Shown piece after piece: positions 49,001 to 57,677 of a stretch of 64,000 bases of DNA. The stretch spans positions 1 to 64,000 of the IMG/VR virus record IMGVR_UViG_3300017991_002758, one strand, 5' to 3'. The notes under the pieces were generated by a model. The model was given only the letters and a program-made list of their open reading frames with translations, had not been told where the DNA came from and searched no databases. Each line of letters starts with the position of its first letter. Position 1 is the first letter of the stretch. This DNA comes from a virus. The position numbers and the translations under genes are program-made.

Positions 49001-49183
49001 ACTGCCGTTCCCGATCCTACATTGCTCGAGCGTTTCACATTGCAAGGCTGGGTATCACCATCGGCACAATGGGCCGACGATCTGTCCGCGCTTTCAATTA
49101 CGCCGGCGATGTTCGACTTGGGAATTAAATCAATAGAGATGTTCGACGCTGCGAACTGGCCCGACGAGCCGTTCCCGGCATAG
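46037..49183 (+). CDS. large acidic, Trp-rich virion protein
   Basis: 1048-aa ORF; NPSFE carbohydrate-binding-like motif; position in the baseplate/fibre module. Confidence 0.65.
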   Translation: MAKAYNKWDPGANASLVIPPSEGPLVISGGDSRWPLLVRNEIEPALYRNDDWIGFQQELLFEDGAAPATGARVRGFQYMPANVSFTWLDPVNGEPRPDDSADGWWSRFYRYVNMGFRMPLRGLIGSVVDGVLNVDFQVKWGDPVTRAVAATRGAWTGALLAVLNGESAEADFLAYALHGKRQGDASWEHRGSLVDAPIAGYTPATVTDTPWDGVSEGQVRVLITGGPSTWEVKTQYWDTGIPDWKDLSSNVVDLKQYAVPGHEDLFALMGFLFHGATKVFPGSMPADPPVQDTYFQEVSISQFTPFVLDVADWSLRERQEKLWQPDWWLAPLETKTPALDIITWPEGSEKGPTTLREFDTDEELWGVRCAPTTELLMTSIHERKFLAEENTEWKYMIPTWLADNEAPNGADLPFAYVGRYKLSDLASWTGERTLASFGYAGWRATPAATEAGLGLTWRPDNGGELVLRYWDWSAPDWLTLVAPLKAEDYDGRMVSIGFAWSGSPPVPTEELILPRQQLRIVVDGITVATADDCVVCFTGGWYSSIGSGDTSARETFEGLWFGGVTFIEQVTDTDLLNAFDTDDETVFDNPSFEVADPGGRPGEADKWTWNSFQSQGGWADFSAYRQDLAPYRYGREGFEGGWLVGYSWEYADETARLAATGFTEDDVGRMAWQVDINKNFILTNYSPITWVESEAGENQGAVFNLEDAEISAGVFNAGIPNFESTMEIFAIWGRTWDAMTWSGAPWLDSYNLIAPCNDVLGPYSGPTGFDGWYDYLYATNDDPLCVESFDEAWGNDPLSTAGGQTWIPVTAPGAKLSGTAINFPLEIAPNKNKLVLTSDLFGAVFFSLPTLEYADIASLVSDLNAELSTHIPVAAGLTFGYWQKNGEQGLTFGWDGATFSALWVAFAVLESEATTDLREPLGLSSFSPGGNYTGVGIPVWSYPSPPSGIDPDDRVLMDSWSYMEFFITVDSVLGIIPIEYSMVGAVFDTAVPDPTLLERFTLQGWVSPSAQWADDLSALSITPAMFDLGIKSIEMFDAANWPDEPFPA

Positions 49184-49192
49184 GAGGATCAT

Positions 49193-49948
49193 ATGGGTCA
49201 ACTTGATTGGAAAGATATAGGCGGTGCATTGAACGAAGCGAGCCTGGCCCGAGGAGTGACCAACGGCATAGACCGGCCACCTTCGGCAATCACCAATGAC
49301 TTTGTCTTCGGCTATAATTCGCTGGACGGCACGGTCACTGGCGCGCACGGAAAGTACGTTGACCTCGCCGGCTTCACGCCCACGGGTTCATTACTTTCCG
49401 ATCCTGACGGCGGAGGATCGATCCGTGGTTGCGTGAAACGGGTTTCCTCGCCGAACAATACCGGCATGAGTCCCATGCTGTTCTTCTGTGCCCAGGGAGC
49501 TCCAGTTTCGGCCAACGATTACTGCTACATTCTCGGTCTTTCCGACGCCGATCCGTATGAGATCGTGCTCGCGAAGGCACAGTTGGTGAGCGGCCTGGTT
49601 GCCGATGCGGAGAACGTAACGATCCTGGCCAGGTCTTCGAGCCAATATGCCATGGGTGATGGCCTGTGGCATCACCTGAGATTGGATGCCATCGTTGAGC
49701 CCAACGGCGACGTTCTTCTCAAGTGCTACGAGAACAACCTGACCACGCATCCAATTGGCACGCCTGGAGGACCGGATTGGCAGAACATCCCGGGTTTTCC
49801 TTCGGGAGGCGTGGTGGACGACGTGCTTCAGATCCTGACGAGCTCGCCTCCATTGTGGGGTGGGTACGCCGGCTTCGCATTTCAGGTTGCGGAATCGCTG
49901 AATAGGCGCGGAGCCTTCGATGCAATAGAGGTTTACAGGGTAACCTAA
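49193..49948 (+). CDS. putative virion protein (beta-sandwich)
   Basis: AGGAGG RBS; WHHLRL...GYAGF...FD.IEV. Confidence 0.6.
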   Translation: MGQLDWKDIGGALNEASLARGVTNGIDRPPSAITNDFVFGYNSLDGTVTGAHGKYVDLAGFTPTGSLLSDPDGGGSIRGCVKRVSSPNNTGMSPMLFFCAQGAPVSANDYCYILGLSDADPYEIVLAKAQLVSGLVADAENVTILARSSSQYAMGDGLWHHLRLDAIVEPNGDVLLKCYENNLTTHPIGTPGGPDWQNIPGFPSGGVVDDVLQILTSSPPLWGGYAGFAFQVAESLNRRGAFDAIEVYRVT

Positions 49949-51087
49949 TGAAAACGACTTGGCTTGACAGACTGCGTGGTGAGGGCCAGGGACGCACGAT
50001 CCCAAATGGGTTCGTTGCGCCAGATGGCCAGCACGTGTTCGTATTGGGCGGCGACGGAGTACTCGAGTCGGCAATTCTCACAGGAGGAGATTACACAGAA
50101 GTCAAGCAAGTCGTGGACCTCACCAATTGGGATCTGGTTGCGGCGACCATGAATACAATCGGCAAGGTCATGGGCCAGGCCCAAGCCCAACCCGGTCTGC
50201 TCGTCTACCATACTCCGCTCTGGCATTTTAATTACAATATCGGAACTGCGCTCGAGCGCAATTTGATCGACGGAGCCTTCGACCTGGAAAACCAGGGCAA
50301 CATGGAAGTTGATAACGAAGATTACTCACCAGTTCTGACGCGCTGCAGAAAGATTCCAGTTGGGAGCACGACGGCCTATATGCTGGGAGAGAATACTCCG
50401 CAATGGTGTTCGCTGACCTGGCTTGACCACTACACTTTTCAAATGTGGCTGAACTTCGATGCCGAATCGCACGCTGCTTCGTGGGGAATAAACCCGACAT
50501 TATTCAAATGCGTCGACGGCGTTCCTCAGGGAATCGACATCAGTCTGGAAGGTGTCGTTGGGCCTCCCAATAAATGGCGCGTAAAAGTGACACATCACGA
50601 AGGAGGCGGATCTGCCTCTGCGCTGTTCACTCCATTTGTGTTCGAGACTCCGAATAGGGGATGGACGCTGATCACTATTTGCTTCGATTGGACTTTACCA
50701 ATAGCACAGCGCATCAGGATGTACATCGATAATAATCTCGGCCCTTATTGGCCGGTAGTAAATATGACCAGAGTACCAAAGCAACCAGCGGTGGGAACAC
50801 CAGTGGAAGTGGCCCATCCCGATCTGTGGGGCATGTTCGATGAGATGCTATTGATCCCGCACATGCTGTCGTACAGCGAGATGCTGGACACGTACGATGC
50901 TGCAACCATTATGCCGACGCCTGTCGACTACGAGTGGCTGATGCAGATCCGTGTCAATGGCGAAGTTTATGGAGAGCGCGTCGTCAGGCCTGGCGAGGAG
51001 CGGCGCTGGACGGATTTCAAGGCGCCTGTGCGTCATATAAATGGAGAGGCTGAGGTGGCGTTCAGATTAACGCTACAGGAGATTTGA
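49948..51087 (+). CDS. virion protein with LamG/ConA-like domain
   Basis: YTFQMW...WTLITI..D...RMYID...G.FDE. Confidence 0.6.
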   Translation: MKTTWLDRLRGEGQGRTIPNGFVAPDGQHVFVLGGDGVLESAILTGGDYTEVKQVVDLTNWDLVAATMNTIGKVMGQAQAQPGLLVYHTPLWHFNYNIGTALERNLIDGAFDLENQGNMEVDNEDYSPVLTRCRKIPVGSTTAYMLGENTPQWCSLTWLDHYTFQMWLNFDAESHAASWGINPTLFKCVDGVPQGIDISLEGVVGPPNKWRVKVTHHEGGGSASALFTPFVFETPNRGWTLITICFDWTLPIAQRIRMYIDNNLGPYWPVVNMTRVPKQPAVGTPVEVAHPDLWGMFDEMLLIPHMLSYSEMLDTYDAATIMPTPVDYEWLMQIRVNGEVYGERVVRPGEERRWTDFKAPVRHINGEAEVAFRLTLQEI

Positions 51088-51088
51088 A

Positions 51089-51544
51089 ATGTCGGATACA
51101 CCTTTAAAAACGACCCGGCTCGAAATTCCATACCCACCAGAAAATGGCGAGGATTGGTGGACTATAGAGAACGCCGCCGGCGGTCGCATGGACATGCTCG
51201 ACAAATGCATCTATGCCGCAATGGAAAATCCCAATTTGTGGGTGACGCAAAGCGGATATTGGACCTATTCCGGAGGAGAATTCACGGTCCAGGCTGGGCC
51301 AGTGACGGTTAACTCTCCTGCTGGCGGCACAATAGTTTTCGAGGACGAGCTCTCGGTCACAGTAGAGGATGGCGATTACGTTTATTTTGAAGTTCCCCAG
51401 CGGCCGGTTGCGAGTACTGGGCTAACTGGCGTACTTGGTGCGTCGTCTACTTATTTGGAACGGCCCGATAGATGTCTAATAGGACATCGCCGCGGTAGCA
51501 ATTTTGATTGGCTACATCCGCACATGCGCATCAACGCACTTTAG
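51089..51544 (+). CDS. putative virion protein
   Basis: TTRL.IPYP.E...W N-terminal motif of fibre-associated proteins. Confidence 0.55.
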   Translation: MSDTPLKTTRLEIPYPPENGEDWWTIENAAGGRMDMLDKCIYAAMENPNLWVTQSGYWTYSGGEFTVQAGPVTVNSPAGGTIVFEDELSVTVEDGDYVYFEVPQRPVASTGLTGVLGASSTYLERPDRCLIGHRRGSNFDWLHPHMRINAL

Positions 51545-51553
51545 GAGGACGAT

Positions 51554-52903
51554 ATGGCAACAATGCCCAAAACAGGACTGAGGACGCCGGCGGAATATAC
51601 CGATCCGTTTATGCCCCAATTCGATGACGAGTTTGCCACCGACCTCGATAATTGGATTGATGCCAATGCCGCGGATCTCAAGCAGGTTCTGAGGGCCGAT
51701 TCCTACGATCAACTCCCGTGGTACGACCAACAGTCCGGCAAGGTGAAATGGGGTGAATTCACAATAGGTTCGCCCAGGTATGCCAATGTAATGACGGTGG
51801 CCGCGGCTGGCGAAGCGGCAATGACCGGCGACAAGGTGCTGTACGTTGATGTGCCTTCGACCAGACCCTACGGAGGAACAGTGGTGCCAGCCGTTGGTAC
51901 GCTGCCGCAGAACGGTCGCGACCGGGTAATCATAGGAGTGCTTCTTGGCGGTGAAAAATTCCATTTAATTGGCCGCGTTCAGCAGGATCTTCTTGGATAT
52001 GGCCCAGGCCCGGCCATGGTAATACACATTGACAACAGCACTACTACTCTAAGGCATTCCGAAAGTGGACGATTGTTCATAGTGGATGAGGGCAAGACAT
52101 TGACATTGCCCGATCCGACCAGCAGAAAGCAAAGCTACTTCATAAAATGCAACGGAACCCCAGCCCAATACTGCATTCTTGCCGGCGGCCTTGGCACGCT
52201 TGGCTTCCTAGGTCCGCATGAAGAATCGTATGGGGCTTTCAATAGCTCGATCAGAGTATTTGGTGGCGGAGGCCTACTGAGGGTTGTTGCCCACGAGCCG
52301 GTACCAGGCAGTGGTGATTGGGGGTGGCTTGTGCGCGGGGAAACCGCACACTACTCCAATGATTCGACACCAACTGAAGAATGGTTTCTCAGTGGATTAT
52401 CTACCTCTTCCACTCATTATTCAGTTGGATCCACGCCACCAGCTTCGCCGTCTACGGGTTCGCTGTGGTTCAATACTGCGGCTAACTGGAACATTCTGAT
52501 GTACTGGGATACCGCGCGAAGCAAATGGCTGTCGGTGGAAACCGAGATCTTATCCTGGGCTCACGACTCGGCCGATGGTAATGCGCTGTCCGGGTTCGGC
52601 ATCTCCGTGGCCGGCATTGGAACGGGATACCTCGTCGACCGTGACGCATGCATAGTCGAGGCCGCAGCCAGGGGCAGAGGTGGCAACCTTACGAAAGCAT
52701 TTCGGCTGGACAAGGACAATGCAGGTACGCCAGTAAACCTTCACTCCTTCAGCTTGGCGGCTGGAGTGTACAAAGCCAAAGGCCTGGACATCGATCTGGC
52801 GGAGGACGACGACATTTGGGCATATGCCGCAGCAGCCGGCGCCGCAGCCGAGGACGTGACCGTGAGCTACACAATTCGCAGAAGGGTAACGCCGACCCCA
52901 TAG
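51554..52903 (+). CDS. putative tail fibre/appendage protein
   Basis: LTLPDP, PPASPSTGSLWFNT...MYWD...KWLS. Confidence 0.6.
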   Translation: MATMPKTGLRTPAEYTDPFMPQFDDEFATDLDNWIDANAADLKQVLRADSYDQLPWYDQQSGKVKWGEFTIGSPRYANVMTVAAAGEAAMTGDKVLYVDVPSTRPYGGTVVPAVGTLPQNGRDRVIIGVLLGGEKFHLIGRVQQDLLGYGPGPAMVIHIDNSTTTLRHSESGRLFIVDEGKTLTLPDPTSRKQSYFIKCNGTPAQYCILAGGLGTLGFLGPHEESYGAFNSSIRVFGGGGLLRVVAHEPVPGSGDWGWLVRGETAHYSNDSTPTEEWFLSGLSTSSTHYSVGSTPPASPSTGSLWFNTAANWNILMYWDTARSKWLSVETEILSWAHDSADGNALSGFGISVAGIGTGYLVDRDACIVEAAARGRGGNLTKAFRLDKDNAGTPVNLHSFSLAAGVYKAKGLDIDLAEDDDIWAYAAAAGAAAEDVTVSYTIRRRVTPTP

Positions 52904-52913
52904 GAGGTGACAC

Positions 52914-55295
52914 TTGTCACTGACGGTTGAACAACTGCTCGCAACACTTGGCATTGACCTTGCCGCGGTCGAGGTTTCAACGTCGGGTCGCTACGTCCTG
53001 ATACAGCGAGATCCGCAACCGGATGAAACGGGCATAGATATTGACACCGATGTCGTTTTCACGCTGGTTGATTTAGACGGAGATCCCACGGACGCTTCAT
53101 TGCTTCCGCCCAATTTCGACGTGGATGTCGAGGGCAACAGTGTGCTCTCGTATTCCGGCGGTTCAGCTACATGGACCTCTCCATGGACGGGCACAGTTGA
53201 AACCCACACGGCTTCTTCGCCGTTTGCGTTTTGGAAAGTAATAGCGCAGCAAACTGGATTGTTTGAGTCCGAGCAAGTTGTCCAGGTCCAGATCGATCTT
53301 TATACCACTGGCGGTTGGGGCCATGGATCATGGGGGCATTTCCCCTGGGGCCATCCTCCGGTTGCCCCGGTTTCAATAACTTTCCAGTACGAATTCACCA
53401 TTCAGGATCTCACGCCTCCGAAGCTGATTGCTGCCGAAGGCATGGACCCATTTACACTCCGCGTCACATTCGACGAGGACATGGCATTGGCCGGCGACGG
53501 TTCGCCATTGAACATCGATAATTGGCTGGATTCTATATTGCGCTGGAATGTAGATCCCGAGCCCGGCGTTAACTTGTCAGTGGTGGCCTCCGAGGTTGCG
53601 GATTCGGTATCTCCCAATCCAATTCCCATTGAATGGACTTACGCCGATGAAGCTGAGAGATTGGCGGCCACTGGATTTCAGCCCGAGGATGTTGGCAAAA
53701 TTGCTCTGCAGGAAAGCGATTCAACCTATTGGATGCTCATTGATTACGCATACGCCTCGGGAGCCTACGGTTATGCCACCTACGGACATTTTCCCTATGG
53801 ACATACCCTGGGCTTGACCGGCCCACTGTGGTTGCAGGTTCAGATCGGAACGCAATTCGACCTGACTTTGAATTGGGAGATGACTCCCGGTTGTTCTTAC
53901 CAGATAACTGCTGGGCCCAACACCGAAGACGATGTCGGTAACCTAATCGACACTACCTATAACACTACCTTTTTTACAGGCTTCATGCCGGAATATCCCG
54001 AAGGCCGGGCATTCTCGCATTGGAAGCACATGGTGCCGTTGAAGAACAGGCTGGAGGATGCAACTCAGGATCTGAAGCGAACCAGTAATTGCATCCAAGA
54101 AGTTCTCAACTGGATGATGTATTACATCGACCACTTCACTGATCAATGGGACCCGGACAAGGCAACGCCAGAGCAGATCGATGCTATGCTTTATGACATG
54201 GGCAACCCGTTTGCATCGTGGACCGAGCTGGAGCTCACCGACATTGAAAAGAAAAAGCTCCTGCGGATACTGATTGACATTTACAAAAGCAAAGGTACCG
54301 CATGGGGCATCGAGCAAACTGTATACTTCCTATTGGGCGAAATCGTCGACTGCGTTGAATACCTGACCGGCGGTTGGGTGCTTGGCGTGGATGAGCTCGG
54401 CAGCGGTTCCATTGCCGAAGTTATGAACGACGCTCCGGAAACTTGGGATTTCACGGCCATTGCAGCGCCGTGGGAATTGGAAGTGAAACTGAACGGCGAC
54501 CCGGCCCAGGTGATTACCTTCACGCCAGGTGATTTTGCCAACACCAGTGCGGCAAAGGCCGACGAGGTAATTGCTGTGATAGCTGCCCAGCTGGTAGGCG
54601 GGTCGGCATACAAGCTGTTCCCTGGACAGCCAGCGGTCGCCGCGGGAACCAACCTTGGGACCTTTGCCATTTCGCCTGGCGATTCGCTCGGAATGATTAT
54701 CGGCGATGATCCCACGGTGCATACTGTGATCTTCACGGCCGATGACATCGCCACGCCTGGGGCAGCCACAGTTGAAGAGATTGTCAGCGCCCTGAATTCG
54801 GCCCTGGCGGACCTCATCTTGGCCCTGGTAGTTTCATCCAAGGTGTCTATTGAAACCGTCGTCAGAGGAGATATGGCGAGCCTGGAGATTCAATCCGGAT
54901 CTGTCCAGGCCGCTCTAGGATTGCCAACGGCCGAACAGCAGGGAACCGACCTGGCTCAATTGTCTATTTACAGCAACAAGGCCGGCGTCGAGGCCTCGGT
55001 AGAAATAAGTGGGGGCTCGGTAAATGATGCCCTGGAATTCGATACGCAAATGGTGGGATCAACCGGCGGAGCAATATTGGCTCCGGACGACTCGTACACC
55101 ATGTACTCGTTCGACATCGAGACTCAGAACGTGCTAACATCTGAGGAGACGTCAATAGTGCGAAAGGTGGCCGAGTACATGAAGCCGGCGCATACCCATT
55201 TAATCGAAATAAGAACGGCGCAAACGCTGCCATGGCCAGATGGCTGGGTACTTGGCGTTGATGCACTAGACGAAACCGCTGAACTGGCGGAGTGA
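52914..55295 (+). CDS. baseplate protein I-like (phage tail protein) with Ig-like and inserted domains
   Basis: DPDKA.P..ID.ML..MG...IYKSKGT..GIE; C-terminal YMKPAHTH. Confidence 0.8.
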   Translation: MSLTVEQLLATLGIDLAAVEVSTSGRYVLIQRDPQPDETGIDIDTDVVFTLVDLDGDPTDASLLPPNFDVDVEGNSVLSYSGGSATWTSPWTGTVETHTASSPFAFWKVIAQQTGLFESEQVVQVQIDLYTTGGWGHGSWGHFPWGHPPVAPVSITFQYEFTIQDLTPPKLIAAEGMDPFTLRVTFDEDMALAGDGSPLNIDNWLDSILRWNVDPEPGVNLSVVASEVADSVSPNPIPIEWTYADEAERLAATGFQPEDVGKIALQESDSTYWMLIDYAYASGAYGYATYGHFPYGHTLGLTGPLWLQVQIGTQFDLTLNWEMTPGCSYQITAGPNTEDDVGNLIDTTYNTTFFTGFMPEYPEGRAFSHWKHMVPLKNRLEDATQDLKRTSNCIQEVLNWMMYYIDHFTDQWDPDKATPEQIDAMLYDMGNPFASWTELELTDIEKKKLLRILIDIYKSKGTAWGIEQTVYFLLGEIVDCVEYLTGGWVLGVDELGSGSIAEVMNDAPETWDFTAIAAPWELEVKLNGDPAQVITFTPGDFANTSAAKADEVIAVIAAQLVGGSAYKLFPGQPAVAAGTNLGTFAISPGDSLGMIIGDDPTVHTVIFTADDIATPGAATVEEIVSALNSALADLILALVVSSKVSIETVVRGDMASLEIQSGSVQAALGLPTAEQQGTDLAQLSIYSNKAGVEASVEISGGSVNDALEFDTQMVGSTGGAILAPDDSYTMYSFDIETQNVLTSEETSIVRKVAEYMKPAHTHLIEIRTAQTLPWPDGWVLGVDALDETAELAE

Positions 55296-55307
55296 TCAGG
55301 AGAGAAC

Positions 55308-57167
55308 ATGGACATTTTTGACTGGTATTTCAAGCAAATCGTGACGCAGGGTCAGATGGACTGGGCGTTTGACCGCGTCCAGTCGGCAATGTATGGAATC
55401 TCCGTCGACAACGACATGGTCGGAATCGTCGATGGTCTAACCGTTACCCAACATGCGCCAACACCGGACAAGAACGTGGATATTGCCGGGCCTGGAACGG
55501 CGTTCGATAAATCAGGCCAGCGATGCTACGTTCCAGATCTCCTGAGCGTAGTCGATTGCTCGCAAGATGAATTTGGAACCGACTCGAATCCGCCCACGGC
55601 CACCTATCAGCGGTACATTTCGGTATTCCTCAGATTCAACCGCAACTTGACGGACCCGGCGCTGGACGGCAATAATATCCAGGTTTACACCAAGCAGCTC
55701 GAGTCATTCGAGCTGTTCGTCAGGCTCGGCGCCGAGGCCGCCCCAGCTTCGGCCGTACCACCGCCTTTGATGGACGATGCCATACTACTCGTGGACATTC
55801 TGGTGACCAACGGCTTCACCGCGATAGTCAACGGCGACATGGACTTCAGCCGGCGCGAGGACTGGGTTCGTTTCTTGGGCAGTGTATTGGGCAGCCGAGT
55901 ATACGGCACGGCTAAGGAGGGCCTCGAGGACGTGCTCGCGCTGATCGAGAGCTGGGGTGGCGCACTGCCGTTCTCATTCGGAGCTACCTGGTTTGGATCG
56001 GTCGCCGTAGCGGGATCTTCACCGCCACCGGCAACCATGCAGGACGCGCTGAACGCGATAGTGTTCGATCTCGCGAAGGCGGGAGCGACGCCGGCTGGGA
56101 CGGAGCACATCGGCGCGCTCGACTCGCCAGCGTGGACCTACGTCACGAACTGGGCAAGCGCGAGCCTCGCGGCTGTCCTCGCAAGCCTCGGCGGAGATCT
56201 CAACTCCCATATCGGAGGAGCGGCGCCGTACCACCCGGCGAGTGCGATAACCTTCGCCGCATATTCGTTCCTGACTTCTACCGATGTACAAGCCGCGATG
56301 CAGGAGATGATCGATGACCTTGCGCTAACCACCGGAACACCGGGAGCTACCAGAATCGGAGGAGGAGCGATTTCGGATTCGCCAACGGGTCTCGCTGGTG
56401 GAACATTGACCGCGCAGATCACCGCACTTCTCGCGGCAATAAATGACCGCGCAAGAATAGCGAGCGCGGAGACCATCACCGCCAACTGGATATTCGACGC
56501 GATCATCAGGCTCGCCGACGAGGGCGCCTATGTCCGCGGCGAGGAGACGACGTCCGGCCACTACTTCCCGATCTTCAGGCATAGCTCGCTTCGCGGCGGG
56601 ATATGGTATTCGGGATCTAGCGGAGCCATCGCCATTGCGTACAACTGCTACTGGGATTCAGGCAGCTCGGTCTGGAAATACATTCTCAGCAACGAGCACT
56701 CGTACGTCCTGATGCTGTCCAGTTCAGGGCTCTACCTGGAGAAAATGGACAAGGATGATCCCAACCATATTTCTGGTGGTTGGACGGATCTCGATTGGAC
56801 TGGCAATATCAGCCTGGGCAGCGATACGAGTGGCACAATCGCAATGAACGTATTCGCCTTGGCCGGAAGCACCAGCGGTTTCCAATTCTACGACCGCGTC
56901 AGATATGCACTGCACGTTTACAATACTGGAACTGCATCGCATGTCATGACGAATCATTGTGCCTGCACCTGGCACGCCAAGATGCCCTCCGCATTGGTGA
57001 GTGGTGACATTACCGTCAGTCCAGACAGCCAAACCAACTGGTCTGGTACTCCGTCGGTTGTTGGCGTTGATTCATACGGATGCACGGTGTCGGATTCCTG
57101 CGACGCCATAGCCCAATACGGCCAGGCATGGAACTACGGCTCGCTTGAGCTGGACATGACGGTATAG
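55308..57167 (+). CDS. tail fibre protein (proximal)
   Basis: Follows gpI; G.V.GL.V...V.I.GPG.A.D..G; TDVQAA..E fibre motif. Confidence 0.65.
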   Translation: MDIFDWYFKQIVTQGQMDWAFDRVQSAMYGISVDNDMVGIVDGLTVTQHAPTPDKNVDIAGPGTAFDKSGQRCYVPDLLSVVDCSQDEFGTDSNPPTATYQRYISVFLRFNRNLTDPALDGNNIQVYTKQLESFELFVRLGAEAAPASAVPPPLMDDAILLVDILVTNGFTAIVNGDMDFSRREDWVRFLGSVLGSRVYGTAKEGLEDVLALIESWGGALPFSFGATWFGSVAVAGSSPPPATMQDALNAIVFDLAKAGATPAGTEHIGALDSPAWTYVTNWASASLAAVLASLGGDLNSHIGGAAPYHPASAITFAAYSFLTSTDVQAAMQEMIDDLALTTGTPGATRIGGGAISDSPTGLAGGTLTAQITALLAAINDRARIASAETITANWIFDAIIRLADEGAYVRGEETTSGHYFPIFRHSSLRGGIWYSGSSGAIAIAYNCYWDSGSSVWKYILSNEHSYVLMLSSSGLYLEKMDKDDPNHISGGWTDLDWTGNISLGSDTSGTIAMNVFALAGSTSGFQFYDRVRYALHVYNTGTASHVMTNHCACTWHAKMPSALVSGDITVSPDSQTNWSGTPSVVGVDSYGCTVSDSCDAIAQYGQAWNYGSLELDMTV

Positions 57168-57179
57168 GAGGAGGACCCC

Positions 57180-57662
57180 ATGGGATTAGTATCATATAAC
57201 GGCGAAGAGAAAACCATCACCTTTCGATGCAAAAGATGCGAAGAGCTTGGGCATGAGCCAACAAGGGCTATTCAGGAAAACGACATCATACTGGCAGAAG
57301 GAGCCGGATTTGTCGGCGTCGAATTGCCCCTCTGTCCCAACTGCAAATCGAGGAGTTACATTTTACCAGGCCAAGAATTAAAAGGCCCCATGACTCATCT
57401 TCGCGCCATTCTGCACAGGAGAATATACGAGGCGGCCGGAGGCGACGCCAATCTGGATCTGGCAAAGCACAAGGAATTCATCGACTCCATGAAGACCTCG
57501 TATTCCAATGTCGCAACCAAGGATGCCAAGGACGAGTTTGACGGCAAAAAGAACTTCAGCAGCGCCGATAAAACCGGCAAGCCGTTGAAGGAAATGGCCA
57601 ATCCGGTGCAGCCGATTGAAAAAGAAAAAGAGAAAGAGAAAAAGGAGTCCGCTTCCCAGTAG
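57180..57662 (+). CDS. zinc-ribbon hypothetical protein
   Basis: CKRC...CPNC; strong RBS. Confidence 0.6.
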   Translation: MGLVSYNGEEKTITFRCKRCEELGHEPTRAIQENDIILAEGAGFVGVELPLCPNCKSRSYILPGQELKGPMTHLRAILHRRIYEAAGGDANLDLAKHKEFIDSMKTSYSNVATKDAKDEFDGKKNFSSADKTGKPLKEMANPVQPIEKEKEKEKKESASQ

Positions 57663-57677
57663 GACAAGGAGGAGCCA

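Noticed and set aside
55293-55310. Second TGA read-through joining 52914-55295 to 55308-57167 (same frame)
   Set aside because: The downstream gene has its own AGGAG RBS and ATG; no conserved Cys context or SECIS-like hairpin
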